This document shows, piece after piece, positions 17,285-26,884 of a stretch of 64,000 nt of DNA. Position 1 is the first letter of the stretch. Every line of letters begins with the position of its first letter. The notes under the pieces were generated by a model. That model was not told the DNA's origin and searched no databases. It saw only the letters and a list, made by a program, of their open reading frames with translations. The stretch comes from a virus. Its lineage: Duplodnaviria; Caudoviricetes. The stretch lies in the IMG/VR virus record IMGVR_UViG_3300028591_000100, positions 32,001-96,000 of that record, one strand, 5' to 3'. Made by a program: the position numbers and the translations under genes.

Positions 17285-17710
17285 TTATTTGCCGCTCTTA
17301 AGTTCTTCTGTTAGTATTTGTTCAGCCTCAGCAGTTTGTGCATCAGCTACCACTTGCATGATTTGGCCAAGAATATAAGCGTTTGCCCGCGCTTGTTGTG
17401 AGCCCATAAGACCACGAGGGTATTCTTGCACGATACGCTCTATTCTTTGAAAATTCTTTATAATTGATTGAAGACGCACATAATGTGGTGCTAGAATTTC
17501 ATTGTACCCCATCTCATCCACTTCGGCATCAATAAGTTCATTCCAAGACTCTGGATCTAATCTTGCAATGTCTTCTAGTGACATGCCCAATGCCGCATAT
17601 GTAGTCCATTTAGACTTAGATGGGCCTGCCTTTATCTTGGCGTTATTGTATAACATCTCTAGTGACTCCAATGGAGTGTATTTACTTATACTATATTTGT
17701 TCTTGCTCAT
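17285..17710 (-). CDS. hypothetical protein
   Basis: GAGG SD. Confidence 0.7.
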   Translation of the reverse strand: MSKNKYSISKYTPLESLEMLYNNAKIKAGPSKSKWTTYAALGMSLEDIARLDPESWNELIDAEVDEMGYNEILAPHYVRLQSIIKNFQRIERIVQEYPRGLMGSQQARANAYILGQIMQVVADAQTAEAEQILTEELKSGK

Positions 17711-17711
17711 A

Positions 17712-18038
17712 TTAAAACCTCATTCCTATGCAAGTTGCAAAAGTAATTTCAATAATTTCATGGTAGTATTTAGGAGTACCTGTTTGAAACCACTCTTGTG
17801 CATATTTTTTATCATATATTACTTGAAGCTCATCGTAATTATCAGAAACTTCCCCTGTCAAACACACAAACTCAAATAAATCAAACACAGCGATGGCATA
17901 AATACTACCATGTCTGTCTCTATGACCATACAAAAGTTTAAAAAGATTATTGGCAAACCTCATATAATCAGGTGTGTAGATTTCATTAAGATTCAGTGTG
18001 CTCACATGACGTTGTGCTTCTGGTGCAAACTTACTCAT
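17712..18038 (-). CDS. hypothetical protein
   Basis: GGAGGT SD. Confidence 0.7.
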   Translation of the reverse strand: MSKFAPEAQRHVSTLNLNEIYTPDYMRFANNLFKLLYGHRDRHGSIYAIAVFDLFEFVCLTGEVSDNYDELQVIYDKKYAQEWFQTGTPKYYHEIIEITFATCIGMRF

Positions 18039-18183
18039 GTTTTTTTACCTCCGCCTTAATAGGGGTATTTGTAGTAGACATATCTATTTTACGATAATCT
18101 TCAAAATTAATCCCTTTGATCGCATTGTAAAATTCAGTTAATAGTTTTGCTTTTCTTAATTCTTCTTTTATCTTATTTTTCAT
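18031..18183 (-). CDS. 50-aa hypothetical protein (MKNKIKEELRKAKLL...)
   Basis: read manually; AAGG SD; first gene after promoter 18205. Confidence 0.55.
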   Translation of the reverse strand: MKNKIKEELRKAKLLTEFYNAIKGINFEDYRKIDMSTTNTPIKAEVKKHE

Positions 18184-18204
18184 AAATATTACCAACCTTT
18201 CAAT

Positions 18205-18235
18205 TATATTATAGCAGAATAAAATAGAAAGTCAA
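18205..18235 (-). promoter_or_regulatory. phage conserved promoter (TTGACT-N16-TATAAT)
   Basis: matches the 10-copy motif. Confidence 0.8.
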
Positions 18236-18236
18236 T

Positions 18237-18264
18237 AAAAAAAGGAGGATTACTCCTCCTCTTT
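18237..18264 (-). terminator. Rho-independent terminator
   Basis: GGAGGA/TCCTCC stem with A-run on + side. Confidence 0.6.
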
Positions 18265-19104
18265 TGTTGGGAAATGTTCTTCATAAACTGGCCAACTATC
18301 ATCGACTGGTTCAAGCACCTTTACAAGCAGACACTTAAAAGGATATTTTACTTCATCAGTGCTCTTGTCTTCATGATGGAAAACTTGGTAGTATTCATAA
18401 GTAATAGCTTTTGAATCTTTATCGGTAATTCTTACTTCAACCACACCATTGCAAATAACAACATCATAAATTTTTGAGTAGACGTCTGTAAAATGAAAAC
18501 TACCATTATTTAGCTCATAATCCTTTTCAACAAGAGCTTTTAAGAAGTCCATTAGCTCCTCATAGAAAAGCGCAGCCTCACACCATCTAATAGAATCATG
18601 AATACATAAGAAAGCATCTTCAACTTCTGCCTCATCATCTAACTCAGTTGGACGATAGTCATTATACACCTTCCAAGAACAACCATCCCATAAAGGAAAT
18701 TTTTCCATAGCTATACGTTGGAAAATTTTTTCAGTTTGGACACTGTTAAATTCGCCAGAAGCACACCTATGAAAATCTGCTTCTCGAAGCATGTAAAAAA
18801 TTTCATTGGATTCCCCTGAAGAAAATTTTGACATTAAGGCTTCTATATCCCTTTTAATAATAGGGAAAGAACTTACTTCAAGAGTATGAGCAAAACCTGC
18901 TCTTGGTTCTTTTTTGTCATAAAATATAACAGGACGAGTCTCTGATAGTCTAACTTGTTCGTCTGGATAAGGTAGATATCGAACCGCCATTCCCTCGTAA
19001 GCACCCTTTTCGTGGTATTTAATACTTCCATCCTTATTTAATTTATACTTGTATGGGCTTAATTCAAAACCAATACTTCCACTTACATAAGTCCAGTTAC
19101 TCAT
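18250..19104 (-). CDS. hypothetical protein (MSNWTYVSG...)
   Basis: GAGGAG SD before ATG 19104. Confidence 0.75.
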   Translation of the reverse strand: MSNWTYVSGSIGFELSPYKYKLNKDGSIKYHEKGAYEGMAVRYLPYPDEQVRLSETRPVIFYDKKEPRAGFAHTLEVSSFPIIKRDIEALMSKFSSGESNEIFYMLREADFHRCASGEFNSVQTEKIFQRIAMEKFPLWDGCSWKVYNDYRPTELDDEAEVEDAFLCIHDSIRWCEAALFYEELMDFLKALVEKDYELNNGSFHFTDVYSKIYDVVICNGVVEVRITDKDSKAITYEYYQVFHHEDKSTDEVKYPFKCLLVKVLEPVDDSWPVYEEHFPTKEEE

Positions 19105-19135
19105 GTTTTTCTCCTCTTTTCCTTCAATTTTTGCC

Positions 19136-19157
19136 AAATAAAATGACACTTTTATTT
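19136..19157. promoter_or_regulatory. AAATAAAA-N6-TTTTATTT palindromic box
   Basis: one of 5 copies at gene junctions. Confidence 0.6.
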
Positions 19158-19174
19158 AGTGGTATTTTTAGGGG

Positions 19175-19495
19175 TTAGAAAGGCAGTTCTATGTCTGCCT
19201 CTCGTTCGTCTAAAATTGTAGTGATTACACCGATCAACATTAACGCCCCATGTCTATTAGTGTTGGCGATTTCCATAACAGTTTCTCTGATGGTATACAA
19301 CTGAGAGCTACTCATTGTTATAAAAGGGCGTGGCTTTTTATCCCCTGGGAAAAGCCAAGTTTTATTTGTTGCACAAAACTCCCACCAAGCGTCTAAGAAA
19401 CAGTCCTTTGAAATTTGATTAGCAGCTACGCTGATATAATCTAATCGTGTTTTTTGAATACGCTCTTTTTTTGCTTCTAGTTCAAGTCCTGTCAT
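19175..19495 (-). CDS. hypothetical protein with C-terminal DIELPF
   Basis: 106 aa ORF. Confidence 0.65.
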   Translation of the reverse strand: MTGLELEAKKERIQKTRLDYISVAANQISKDCFLDAWWEFCATNKTWLFPGDKKPRPFITMSSSQLYTIRETVMEIANTNRHGALMLIGVITTILDEREADIELPF

Positions 19496-19513
19496 ACCAT
19501 CATCTTCTTTCTG

Positions 19514-20188
19514 TTATAATTCGTCGACAGACTCTAAAATCTTATCAACGACTCCATTTTCAATTTGCTCATCAGCATACATATACCATTCGATATTATT
19601 TTTCTTAGAAAATTTTTGAGAACTGATTCTAGTCTTAGCTAAAACATGCTCTCTCATAACCTTAACGCAATGTTCATAGTCTGCCATTTGCGCCTTAGTT
19701 TGCTCATAAGTTCCTTGAGTTCCTCCTGAACCTGAATGAACTAGAGCTGTTGAATTTTTAGTTGCGAATCTCTTATGCCCTGAGATAAGGATTAAGAAAG
19801 CTGCACTCATGGCTACGCCCATATTATAAGTATAGACAGGGGTCTTACTCATGGCAATAGTGTCGATTACATTGAAACAAGCTGAAGCTTCTCCACCATA
19901 ACTATAAATATAGATTTTAATAGGTTTTCTTTCTTCTACGGGTAAGCCAGCATCCACTTTATTGAAATGCATAATTAGCTTACTAATTTCTAGTGTAGAA
20001 ACGTCAATAGAATCATCTAACCAAATTTCTCTATTAGCTAGATTCTTATAATACATTAACAACTCTGGATCGGGTAAACAAGCATCTTGTCCTTCCCCTC
20101 CTAGTTGTAGACCTGCAGCCGCTAAAATTTCGTCTAGGTCATCTAAATTTCCTTTACCAGCAATCTTTTTTACATTATTTGTTCTCAT
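19514..20188 (-). CDS. clpP: ClpP-family serine protease
   Basis: IKIYIYSYGG, GVAMSAA (catalytic Ser), KRFATKNSTALVH (His), GVVDKI. Confidence 0.85.
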   Translation of the reverse strand: MRTNNVKKIAGKGNLDDLDEILAAAGLQLGGEGQDACLPDPELLMYYKNLANREIWLDDSIDVSTLEISKLIMHFNKVDAGLPVEERKPIKIYIYSYGGEASACFNVIDTIAMSKTPVYTYNMGVAMSAAFLILISGHKRFATKNSTALVHSGSGGTQGTYEQTKAQMADYEHCVKVMREHVLAKTRISSQKFSKKNNIEWYMYADEQIENGVVDKILESVDEL

Positions 20189-20241
20189 TTAAAATCCTCT
20201 TCATATATTAAAAATTTTTGTAGGAATGACTCCTAATCACT

Positions 20242-20272
20242 TATATTATAGCAGAATTATTTTTAAAGTCAA
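20242..20272 (-). promoter_or_regulatory. phage conserved promoter (TTGACT-N16-TATAAT)
   Basis: matches the 10-copy motif. Confidence 0.8.
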
Positions 20273-21172
20273 TTAGTTTTGTGTGTTACCATCAAAATCT
20301 ATAACTAAAACATTAGTTTGATTACTTAAGGCTGTTGTTGCGTCTATGGCAATAAGATTATGGCCAAAATAAATATTGTGATTATCTTCTTCTGAAAGAT
20401 AGTGCTTGTTAAACTCTGAGCATCTGTAATGTCCACATACTAATACTTTATCTTTCTTGATTTCCTGATCAAATAATCCTGCATCAAAAAACTTATATGG
20501 ACAACCCCAAGAGGCTTTTGCCCATTCTTCATCAGTTGCATTTCTCCAGTCTTCCTTTTCCAAGAAAGCTTCGGTAACTCCTTCATAAATATATCGTGCT
20601 TCTAGTTTACCATAGTATTTATCATTCCAAGTTAACGGGATGAAAGAATGAACAAAAATATATTTATCTAACTCATAGAAATTGAGCCATTGTGAGCCTT
20701 GCAGCCATTTGGTGATTTCTGAGTTTTTTACCTGTGTTTGGATTTTTTCCCACAAGTCAACACTGTAGGCAGTCATTCCTTTATCAACGAACCCAAACTG
20801 TCTTGCAAGTACAAGTCTATATCCTTGTCTAAGGTCGTATAATGTTTCAAGACCTTCTTCTACAATTTGGCAAAAAGTCCAAACTGTTCCATTTGAGAAA
20901 TCATGTTCCTCAGGATAACTCTTATCTAATAAATCTAAATATAATGATTCGTGGTTACCTCTAATTAAAACGATTCTCTTTTTAGGAATTGATTTTAGAA
21001 ATTTATACACTTTTAAAGTTTCATCTCCACGATCAAAAACATCTCCACACACAATTAAAGTATGTTCAGGATTCTTTTTATCAAATCCTGCAGCCTTTAA
21101 AGACTTTAATAGAGGTTTATAATAACTATGTATATCAGACACTATAAAATATTTCACTAGTCTAGCCCCCAT
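20273..21172 (-). CDS. calcineurin-like metallophosphoesterase
   Basis: SDIH, GDVFDRG, RGNHE, FVH, GH motifs (start may be GTG 21157). Confidence 0.85.
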   Translation of the reverse strand: MGARLVKYFIVSDIHSYYKPLLKSLKAAGFDKKNPEHTLIVCGDVFDRGDETLKVYKFLKSIPKKRIVLIRGNHESLYLDLLDKSYPEEHDFSNGTVWTFCQIVEEGLETLYDLRQGYRLVLARQFGFVDKGMTAYSVDLWEKIQTQVKNSEITKWLQGSQWLNFYELDKYIFVHSFIPLTWNDKYYGKLEARYIYEGVTEAFLEKEDWRNATDEEWAKASWGCPYKFFDAGLFDQEIKKDKVLVCGHYRCSEFNKHYLSEEDNHNIYFGHNLIAIDATTALSNQTNVLVIDFDGNTQN

Positions 21173-21732
21173 AATTTTTTAAAGTCTACATCTTTTATCT
21201 CATTTTCGACCTTTATAATTTCCCCATTTTCACCAGGAGTATAAGTACAGCGGACAGGAATGTCATCTTCAGTTAGTCTACTAAGGAAGTCAGCTGAAAC
21301 CTCTTTGTGGGACAATATTTTATTCTTACAATCCTCACAATAATAGTTTACCCATCCATTGCTTACATATCTAGCTGGGTTACCACATTGAACACAATAA
21401 CACATTGACAAGAAATCATATTTGGTAATTATGTCACCAACTTCTTTTGGATGTCCATTGTCATACCATCTTAAAGTGCCATATTTTTCTTTGATTTGAG
21501 TTATGCGATAATCATCTAAATAATTTGCCTTAATTAAGGCATTTTTAATTTCTTGGCACATTTGTATACCAAAAGCCTTTCTCCAACCAGGTGGCATCGC
21601 GTCTAGTTCAGTGTATGAATAATCATAGTCTTTTGAAACCTCGTCTGTCCATCTATTTCTTGGTAAAAGAAATGGGAATTCTTCTATTAACTTTTTATTT
21701 TCTTCAATTTTCATTTCTTTATTTTCTTCCAT
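21157..21732 (-). CDS. conserved-type phage protein (QIKEKYGTLRWY) with zinc ribbon
   Basis: motif plus CVQCG...CEDC; GGGGAG SD. Confidence 0.75.
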   Translation of the reverse strand: MEENKEMKIEENKKLIEEFPFLLPRNRWTDEVSKDYDYSYTELDAMPPGWRKAFGIQMCQEIKNALIKANYLDDYRITQIKEKYGTLRWYDNGHPKEVGDIITKYDFLSMCYCVQCGNPARYVSNGWVNYYCEDCKNKILSHKEVSADFLSRLTEDDIPVRCTYTPGENGEIIKVENEIKDVDFKKLWGLD

Positions 21733-21734
21733 AT

Positions 21735-22496
21735 TTAATCTCCCCACCCATCATAATGTTTTGCAATTAATTTAAAATAGTTATTAATATCAGTTTGTCT
21801 TTCTTTTGCTGCTTTCTTTAATAAATAAAAGAAATAATCATGATTTTCCTTATCTGGTTTTCCATTTGACCATTCAGAAGTGTAGGCTGTGTTTACATCG
21901 TTCTTGGTTAGATTGTTTTCTTTTAACCAATCTTTTAGTTTGGTTATGTTTTTATCTTTTAAGAAATGTGCCTTATCAGAAACATCTTCATTAAAGTTTT
22001 CTTTTCCACCATATTCAAGGAATAGTTCGTCAAACATGCCTGTGTTATATAACTTAACTAATAGATCGCCTTTATTGTAATTAATGGCTCTATTATCAAT
22101 TTTCTTATAAACCAGTGTGACTTGAACACTATTTGCAGCATTCCAAGCGTGTGCATAGTTATCGTAATCATCTTTCAATATTTTCTTACCTAATTCAATG
22201 ACTTCTGTCATTTCTTTTATTTGTTTCTCAGTTTCCTCTTCTACAATATGAGAATAATTTTGCATATAATCACGCATTTCAATAATTTTGAATTGTATCA
22301 ACTCAATTAGCCCACACCAAGGATATTGCCTTTTGATAAAATATTTCCAAGATTTGAACCAAGCAGGGTTAACAGTTTGATCATAGCCAATTAATTCTTT
22401 AGCTTCTTCTTTTAATATTTTTCTAGATTTTTTATTTGGTTGCCACCAGGCAGTTCTAAAAAGACATCGAAAAAATCTTTTTATTAGCCTTCTCAT
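21735..22496 (-). CDS. hypothetical protein
   Basis: 253 aa ORF; GGAG SD. Confidence 0.75.
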   Translation of the reverse strand: MRRLIKRFFRCLFRTAWWQPNKKSRKILKEEAKELIGYDQTVNPAWFKSWKYFIKRQYPWCGLIELIQFKIIEMRDYMQNYSHIVEEETEKQIKEMTEVIELGKKILKDDYDNYAHAWNAANSVQVTLVYKKIDNRAINYNKGDLLVKLYNTGMFDELFLEYGGKENFNEDVSDKAHFLKDKNITKLKDWLKENNLTKNDVNTAYTSEWSNGKPDKENHDYFFYLLKKAAKERQTDINNYFKLIAKHYDGWGD

Positions 22497-22507
22497 GTTA
22501 TCATCTC

Positions 22508-23053
22508 CTATTTATTAAATGTTTTTGCTTTTTCGCAAGGGAACATTTCAGTACATTTACCATTTCTATATTCACATTGTGGAACTAGTAATCCCTCAAA
22601 TTCAGGATATTTATCAAGAACTAATCTACATATCTCTCTTACAACCTTTCTGGTTTCTAAGCTTGCTTGGTTGCACAAACGTTTATGTGCAACAGTCATT
22701 AGCTCTTCAGCATTCATATCCCAAATCATATCAACGGGTGCGTCTTGAGGCGCCTTATTTCTGTCATAATTATCTTGTCTATCATTTCTTTGTGACTTTA
22801 CATATGGTTGTGCATGAATGTGTCTGCACAGATGGGTTGCTACCCAAGATGGAATATTCTCTATATAAAAGCTAAAGAATAATCTTCTAATAGGGCTGTG
22901 CTCTGCTTGTAAGATTCTTTTCTTCCAGCTAAAATCAGGACCATTCTTAGGATTTAAACCCATTGTCACTAAGGCTCTTCTTTTTACTTCTAGCCAATCT
23001 TTTTCAGTTGGGCTTTCAATCATAGTAATTTTTAATTCTTGCTTATTCTCCAT
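22508..23053 (-). CDS. thyX: flavin-dependent thymidylate synthase (short phage type)
   Basis: EHSP, THLCRH...KSQR signature, RLC..AS.ETR, CEY..G.C.E. Confidence 0.85.
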   Translation of the reverse strand: MENKQELKITMIESPTEKDWLEVKRRALVTMGLNPKNGPDFSWKKRILQAEHSPIRRLFFSFYIENIPSWVATHLCRHIHAQPYVKSQRNDRQDNYDRNKAPQDAPVDMIWDMNAEELMTVAHKRLCNQASLETRKVVREICRLVLDKYPEFEGLLVPQCEYRNGKCTEMFPCEKAKTFNK

Positions 23054-23357
23054 AAATATCTTCTATAAACTCCTTATTGTGCATGATGATAGGCTTCTGC
23101 CCAAAATTCCCATAACTTAGTGCACGAATTGTATTATATTCAATCCACTCTATTGCGTCTTCTTCTGAGCAATGGTTCTCCGCCATATATTCCTCAACCA
23201 TTTTATCATAATCATAAACAAGTCGATTGTCATCAGTAATACCAACAATGGATTGATCATATGACTCATTGTCAAACAACAAAGGTTGTTCTTCTTCCTC
23301 TAATTGTTGTTCCTCACAGTAGGCCTCTAAGGCTTTTCTAAATTTTTTATCTATCAT
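23043..23357 (-). CDS. conserved-type acidic phage protein (SIVGIT...VYDYDKM...AIEWIEYN)
   Basis: motif pattern; tight packing. Confidence 0.75.
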   Translation of the reverse strand: MIDKKFRKALEAYCEEQQLEEEEQPLLFDNESYDQSIVGITDDNRLVYDYDKMVEEYMAENHCSEEDAIEWIEYNTIRALSYGNFGQKPIIMHNKEFIEDIYGE

Positions 23358-23359
23358 AA

Positions 23360-24295
23360 CTACTTCCCTTTCTCCTCCTCAAATAAATCAGCCAATCTAG
23401 CTGTTTCTGAACGTTCATCAATAGGCATGTCAACATAGCCAAATAAACGCTTGCCGCGTAGATGTTTAATTGCAGCTTTCATGCCCTGAGATTTATCAAA
23501 CCGAACTCTATCAGTTTGTTTAAAATCTCCCTCCATTAATAAATAGGAATCCTTGCCGATTCTACCTATAATAAGTTTCATAAGGTCTTCATCTAGGTTT
23601 TGAGCTTCAGTACATACAACTACACTATTGTCGAAATTACGGCCTCTTAAATGCTCTAAAGCCACTATTTCAAGCTGGTTATTTTTAATCATATGCAATA
23701 CTGCAGCCTCAGATTTTAAATTATCTATTAAAGGTGCTATCCAAGGTCTCATTTTCTCTAACAGGTCTCCAGGTAAGAATCCTAGTCCCCCTGTGTTTTT
23801 TACCCCAATTGTATTACGTAGCCATACAATCTTTTCGACTGTATGTGTTAGTAGCATCTCAACCGCTTTAACACTCGTTAATAAAGTTTTCCCACTGCCA
23901 AAATTACCTGATAACATTTTAAATGTGATATCATCATTGTTTAGTAAATCGATAGCAGCGACTTGTTCATCATTAATAGGTGTTATAATTCTAGTTTGTT
24001 TTTTACTAGCTTTATTTTCTTTTATGTTTCCTTCGTCATCGACTTTAAAATCAGAAAAACTGATCGAAATTTTTCCTCTACCAAACTTCTTTAATTCTCC
24101 TTTTACATACTGGTATTGATTAACTAACTTTTTTCTGCCGTCTTCCTCCATATACACTAATAAATATTCGTTCTCATACATGTCACATGGGGGAAAAGGT
24201 TTAACTGAAAAGTTAGCCCATTCCTCAACGGTTGGGGTCCATTTAACCCAACCTGTGTATTCTTCAATTTTTCTACTGTTTTCAAAGCTGCTCAA
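23360..24295 (-). CDS. phoH: PhoH-family ATPase
   Basis: GNFGSGKT Walker A, LGFLPG, LRGRNF, EAQN, RIG, GDFKQTD. Confidence 0.9.
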   Translation of the reverse strand: MSSFENSRKIEEYTGWVKWTPTVEEWANFSVKPFPPCDMYENEYLLVYMEEDGRKKLVNQYQYVKGELKKFGRGKISISFSDFKVDDEGNIKENKASKKQTRIITPINDEQVAAIDLLNNDDITFKMLSGNFGSGKTLLTSVKAVEMLLTHTVEKIVWLRNTIGVKNTGGLGFLPGDLLEKMRPWIAPLIDNLKSEAAVLHMIKNNQLEIVALEHLRGRNFDNSVVVCTEAQNLDEDLMKLIIGRIGKDSYLLMEGDFKQTDRVRFDKSQGMKAAIKHLRGKRLFGYVDMPIDERSETARLADLFEEEKGK

Positions 24296-24307
24296 TGTTG
24301 TTACTCC

Positions 24308-24484
24308 TTACTTCTTATTGATATTTTTTGTTATTTGATCTTCTGTATAATAGCATTGGTCCATCTCTTTGCGTTTCATTTTTTTAAAAGGGGCCAAATG
24401 GTTTAACCTATTATATATAAACGGTGCCACAATTAGCAATATAACTAATAATGTAACCACAATTCCGAATAATAGTTTTTCCAT
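24308..24484 (-). CDS. 58-aa single-TM protein (MEKLLFGIVVTLLVILLIVAP...)
   Basis: read manually; AAGGA SD. Confidence 0.55.
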   Translation of the reverse strand: MEKLLFGIVVTLLVILLIVAPFIYNRLNHLAPFKKMKRKEMDQCYYTEDQITKNINKK

Positions 24485-25047
24485 AGTTCATCATCCTTGA
24501 AAATTTTTTTAGCCTTTTGATACGCTTTTTCATCAAGCCCTAAATCGTCAAAATCAGTTTGCACAAAACATTTCCCTAAACATCGATATTTTCTAGCGCC
24601 CTCGGTAACAAGGTCATCATCATCCAAGATTATAAATCTATCTTCGTCTTTAAAATTGTTTTGTATATATCTTGCTATTTGCCCACTTCTATCCCACTTA
24701 ATATGATCTAATAAATGAGTTTCGGTATCTGTAATTCCGACCAATTCTATTTCGTTTTCCTTTAGCGTCCTTAATAATTTCTCCGTGTTCGTTTCATAAT
24801 CAGGACCAAATATTTTCATGTCCTGATCCTTTAGCTTCACTAAATGCATTTTTAACGTTAAATCAGGATTCAAATTCCTTCTCCAGCTACTGGATAACAC
24901 TACTTTCGCGTCAAACTCTTTACAAATCCTTTTTAGAATTTGAACACTACGGTCGTCTATCTTTCCTCCAAATTCTCTTTTGCTTTTTAACAGAAAATCT
25001 TTATTATTAAGAACCCCGTCAATGTCTAAAAAGATATAATTAGACAC
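24445..25047 (-). CDS. HAD-superfamily phosphatase (Swiss-army-knife RNA-repair-like)
   Basis: FLDIDGVLN, VVLSSSWR, IILDD; GTG start 25047 after AGAGGTG. Confidence 0.85.
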   Translation of the reverse strand: MSNYIFLDIDGVLNNKDFLLKSKREFGGKIDDRSVQILKRICKEFDAKVVLSSSWRRNLNPDLTLKMHLVKLKDQDMKIFGPDYETNTEKLLRTLKENEIELVGITDTETHLLDHIKWDRSGQIARYIQNNFKDEDRFIILDDDDLVTEGARKYRCLGKCFVQTDFDDLGLDEKAYQKAKKIFKDDELWKNYYSELWLHY

Positions 25048-25054
25048 GCTGATA

Positions 25055-25135
25055 TCACCTCTTTCTCTGTGTAAATAGCAAAAAAGAATGAGTGAGCGCC
25101 AATAATACAACTAATATTAATGTAACTATACTCAT
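25055..25135 (-). CDS. 26-aa hydrophobic microprotein (MSIVTLILVVLLALTHSFLLFTQRKR)
   Basis: read manually; AAGGGGG SD. Confidence 0.4.
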   Translation of the reverse strand: MSIVTLILVVLLALTHSFLLFTQRKR

Positions 25136-25154
25136 ATCTTTCCCCCTTTTATTT

Positions 25155-25245
25155 TGGCGTCGAGAGGGGGCTTTGAACCCCCGCACCAGTTACCCGATCT
25201 AACAGTTTAGCAAACTGTCCTCTTCAACCGCTTGAGTATCTCGAC
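25155..25245 (-). tRNA. tRNA-Ser (anticodon GCT), 91 nt, CCA encoded
   Basis: acceptor GTCGAGA/TCTCGAC-G-CCA, anticodon arm ACAGT-TTGCTAA-ACTGT, long variable arm, T arm GGGGG-TTCAAAG-CCCCC. Confidence 0.95.
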
Positions 25246-25317
25246 AAGTGATGTGTTTGTGAAAGGTTTTGTCCTATTGAACGGGTACTATCGCACACAT
25301 CAGGTTTACCCACTGAA

Positions 25318-25845
25318 CTACTTTGTGTTAATTGAACTCCAGAAAGCAAATTCAGTGTTGTAAACAGAATCTCTTTCTCGAACATTCTGGTTAAACCAAA
25401 TCACCCTGAAAGTATTATTCTTACTCTTAAAGTTAAATTTGATTCCATATGTTTCTTTGTTATTATATGTGTTTTGAATTTTTTCGATGCTTTTAACACC
25501 ATCAAAATCAATTTGCACATTTTTAATTGTATGAACATTCACACCTGAACGTTGTTGAGGTTTTTGCTCTGCAGGTTTTGGTTGATATTTTGGCTTATCA
25601 ACAGGCTTAGCTGCTTTTTCAGGAGCAGATTTTTTAACCTCTTGGAACATAGTTTTTGCAAAATCCTCATCGTCCTCTTCTGAGTATTCATCCCACAGTT
25701 CCTGCTTAGGAACATGACGGACTTTTTTATTTTTCTTCTTATTGTCCTCACGTCCTGATTTCATTTTAGTTACTTTACGGCCTTGTGGTTGGTCGTACAT
25801 GTATTCATACTCGTCTTCGTATGTTTCCCAATCTATAGTTGTCAT
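25318..25845 (-). CDS. hypothetical protein, charged low-complexity N-half
   Basis: AGGAG SD. Confidence 0.75.
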   Translation of the reverse strand: MTTIDWETYEDEYEYMYDQPQGRKVTKMKSGREDNKKKNKKVRHVPKQELWDEYSEEDDEDFAKTMFQEVKKSAPEKAAKPVDKPKYQPKPAEQKPQQRSGVNVHTIKNVQIDFDGVKSIEKIQNTYNNKETYGIKFNFKSKNNTFRVIWFNQNVRERDSVYNTEFAFWSSINTK

Positions 25846-25854
25846 AAAAACTCC

Positions 25855-26472
25855 TTATGAAAAAATGCATCCTGTCTCAGGGTCATTTCCTGATTTAATA
25901 TAATCATATGTGGCTGTTTTATCTGGATTATCAATGTGAAATTTATCAGCCTGATGCTTTAGAAGGCCATTATTTCCCCTTTGAGCATGATTATTAATTA
26001 AATATTCATCATAGGATTTATAAGGCCTTAGAGAGCCCATATGCTGTCTCATTTGATTTGCTACCTCCAGAACATGTGCCTCATAATCTTCAGGAACAGG
26101 ATGTTTATCCCAATCTGGAGCTGCCCTATCGGTAATTATATCTATCATTTCTTCAGGGCTTATAATTTCTCCATATTCATCCTCAATAGTCGTATTGGTA
26201 TCGAAGAAAAGCCACTTCCAATCCTCAAAATTGTGAATACCATACTCTGGATAAACACATAAGCTAAAATGCCAACCAAATGAAGATTTGCCAATGTGAA
26301 TCTCTTGTTCAAAATCTTCAGATAAGGCGTCCAATGTTGGATAATATGTATTACGGCACACATACCCGTTCGTTAGTTGAGTAACATTAGTGTCATATGT
26401 GTCACACCCCAAAGTTGTTGGTATCCCTGGTTCATATTTCATTTTTCTAATAAGATAATAATTAGTTCCCAT
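25855..26472 (-). CDS. conserved-type phage protein (MGTNYY...HIGKSSFGWHF)
   Basis: motif pattern; ATG 26472. Confidence 0.75.
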   Translation of the reverse strand: MGTNYYLIRKMKYEPGIPTTLGCDTYDTNVTQLTNGYVCRNTYYPTLDALSEDFEQEIHIGKSSFGWHFSLCVYPEYGIHNFEDWKWLFFDTNTTIEDEYGEIISPEEMIDIITDRAAPDWDKHPVPEDYEAHVLEVANQMRQHMGSLRPYKSYDEYLINNHAQRGNNGLLKHQADKFHIDNPDKTATYDYIKSGNDPETGCIFS

Positions 26473-26884
26473 AAAGGTTTTCAACCTCCCTAAGTTTAAA
26501 ATCTAAGTTTACCTCTAAAACATCATCAGGTAGGTCATCATTACAACTTGGCCCGTCTCCTAAGTAGAAAGTCCATTCGATGGTTCTTAATTCATTATAA
26601 CTTAAGCTATGTGGTGTAGCATATTTGATTAACTTACCACGTTTAGGTAAACCAGTGCGACGATCATAATTGTAATTACGCCAATTATATTGCCATTGCT
26701 TAATAATACGTTGTTGTGTCCCACGGTTGCATCTGATGGCTTCAGGAGGGAATTTAATATGTGGACCAAGCTCACGTCTTTGCGCTTCCTCATGAAGAAC
26801 TTCCATAATACCTAGGTTTTGATATAGTTGAGTTATGCTACCAAAAGGTTGTGATAAATCTAAATTAAATCTTTTAGTTCTCAT
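26462..26884 (-). CDS. hypothetical protein, distant paralog of 40709..41203
   Basis: shared CNxxT-x11-WxxY, LS-x8-WxF, PxxxDDLxD. Confidence 0.7.
   Translation of the reverse strand: MRTKRFNLDLSQPFGSITQLYQNLGIMEVLHEEAQRRELGPHIKFPPEAIRCNRGTQQRIIKQWQYNWRNYNYDRRTGLPKRGKLIKYATPHSLSYNELRTIEWTFYLGDGPSCNDDLPDDVLEVNLDFKLREVENLYGN

Noticed and set aside
19508-19520. + strand TTTCTGTTATAAT matching the promoter -10 half, antisense to clpP
   Set aside because: No -35 at the 16-bp spacing; partly explained by the clpP Leu-stop codons (TTA TAA).
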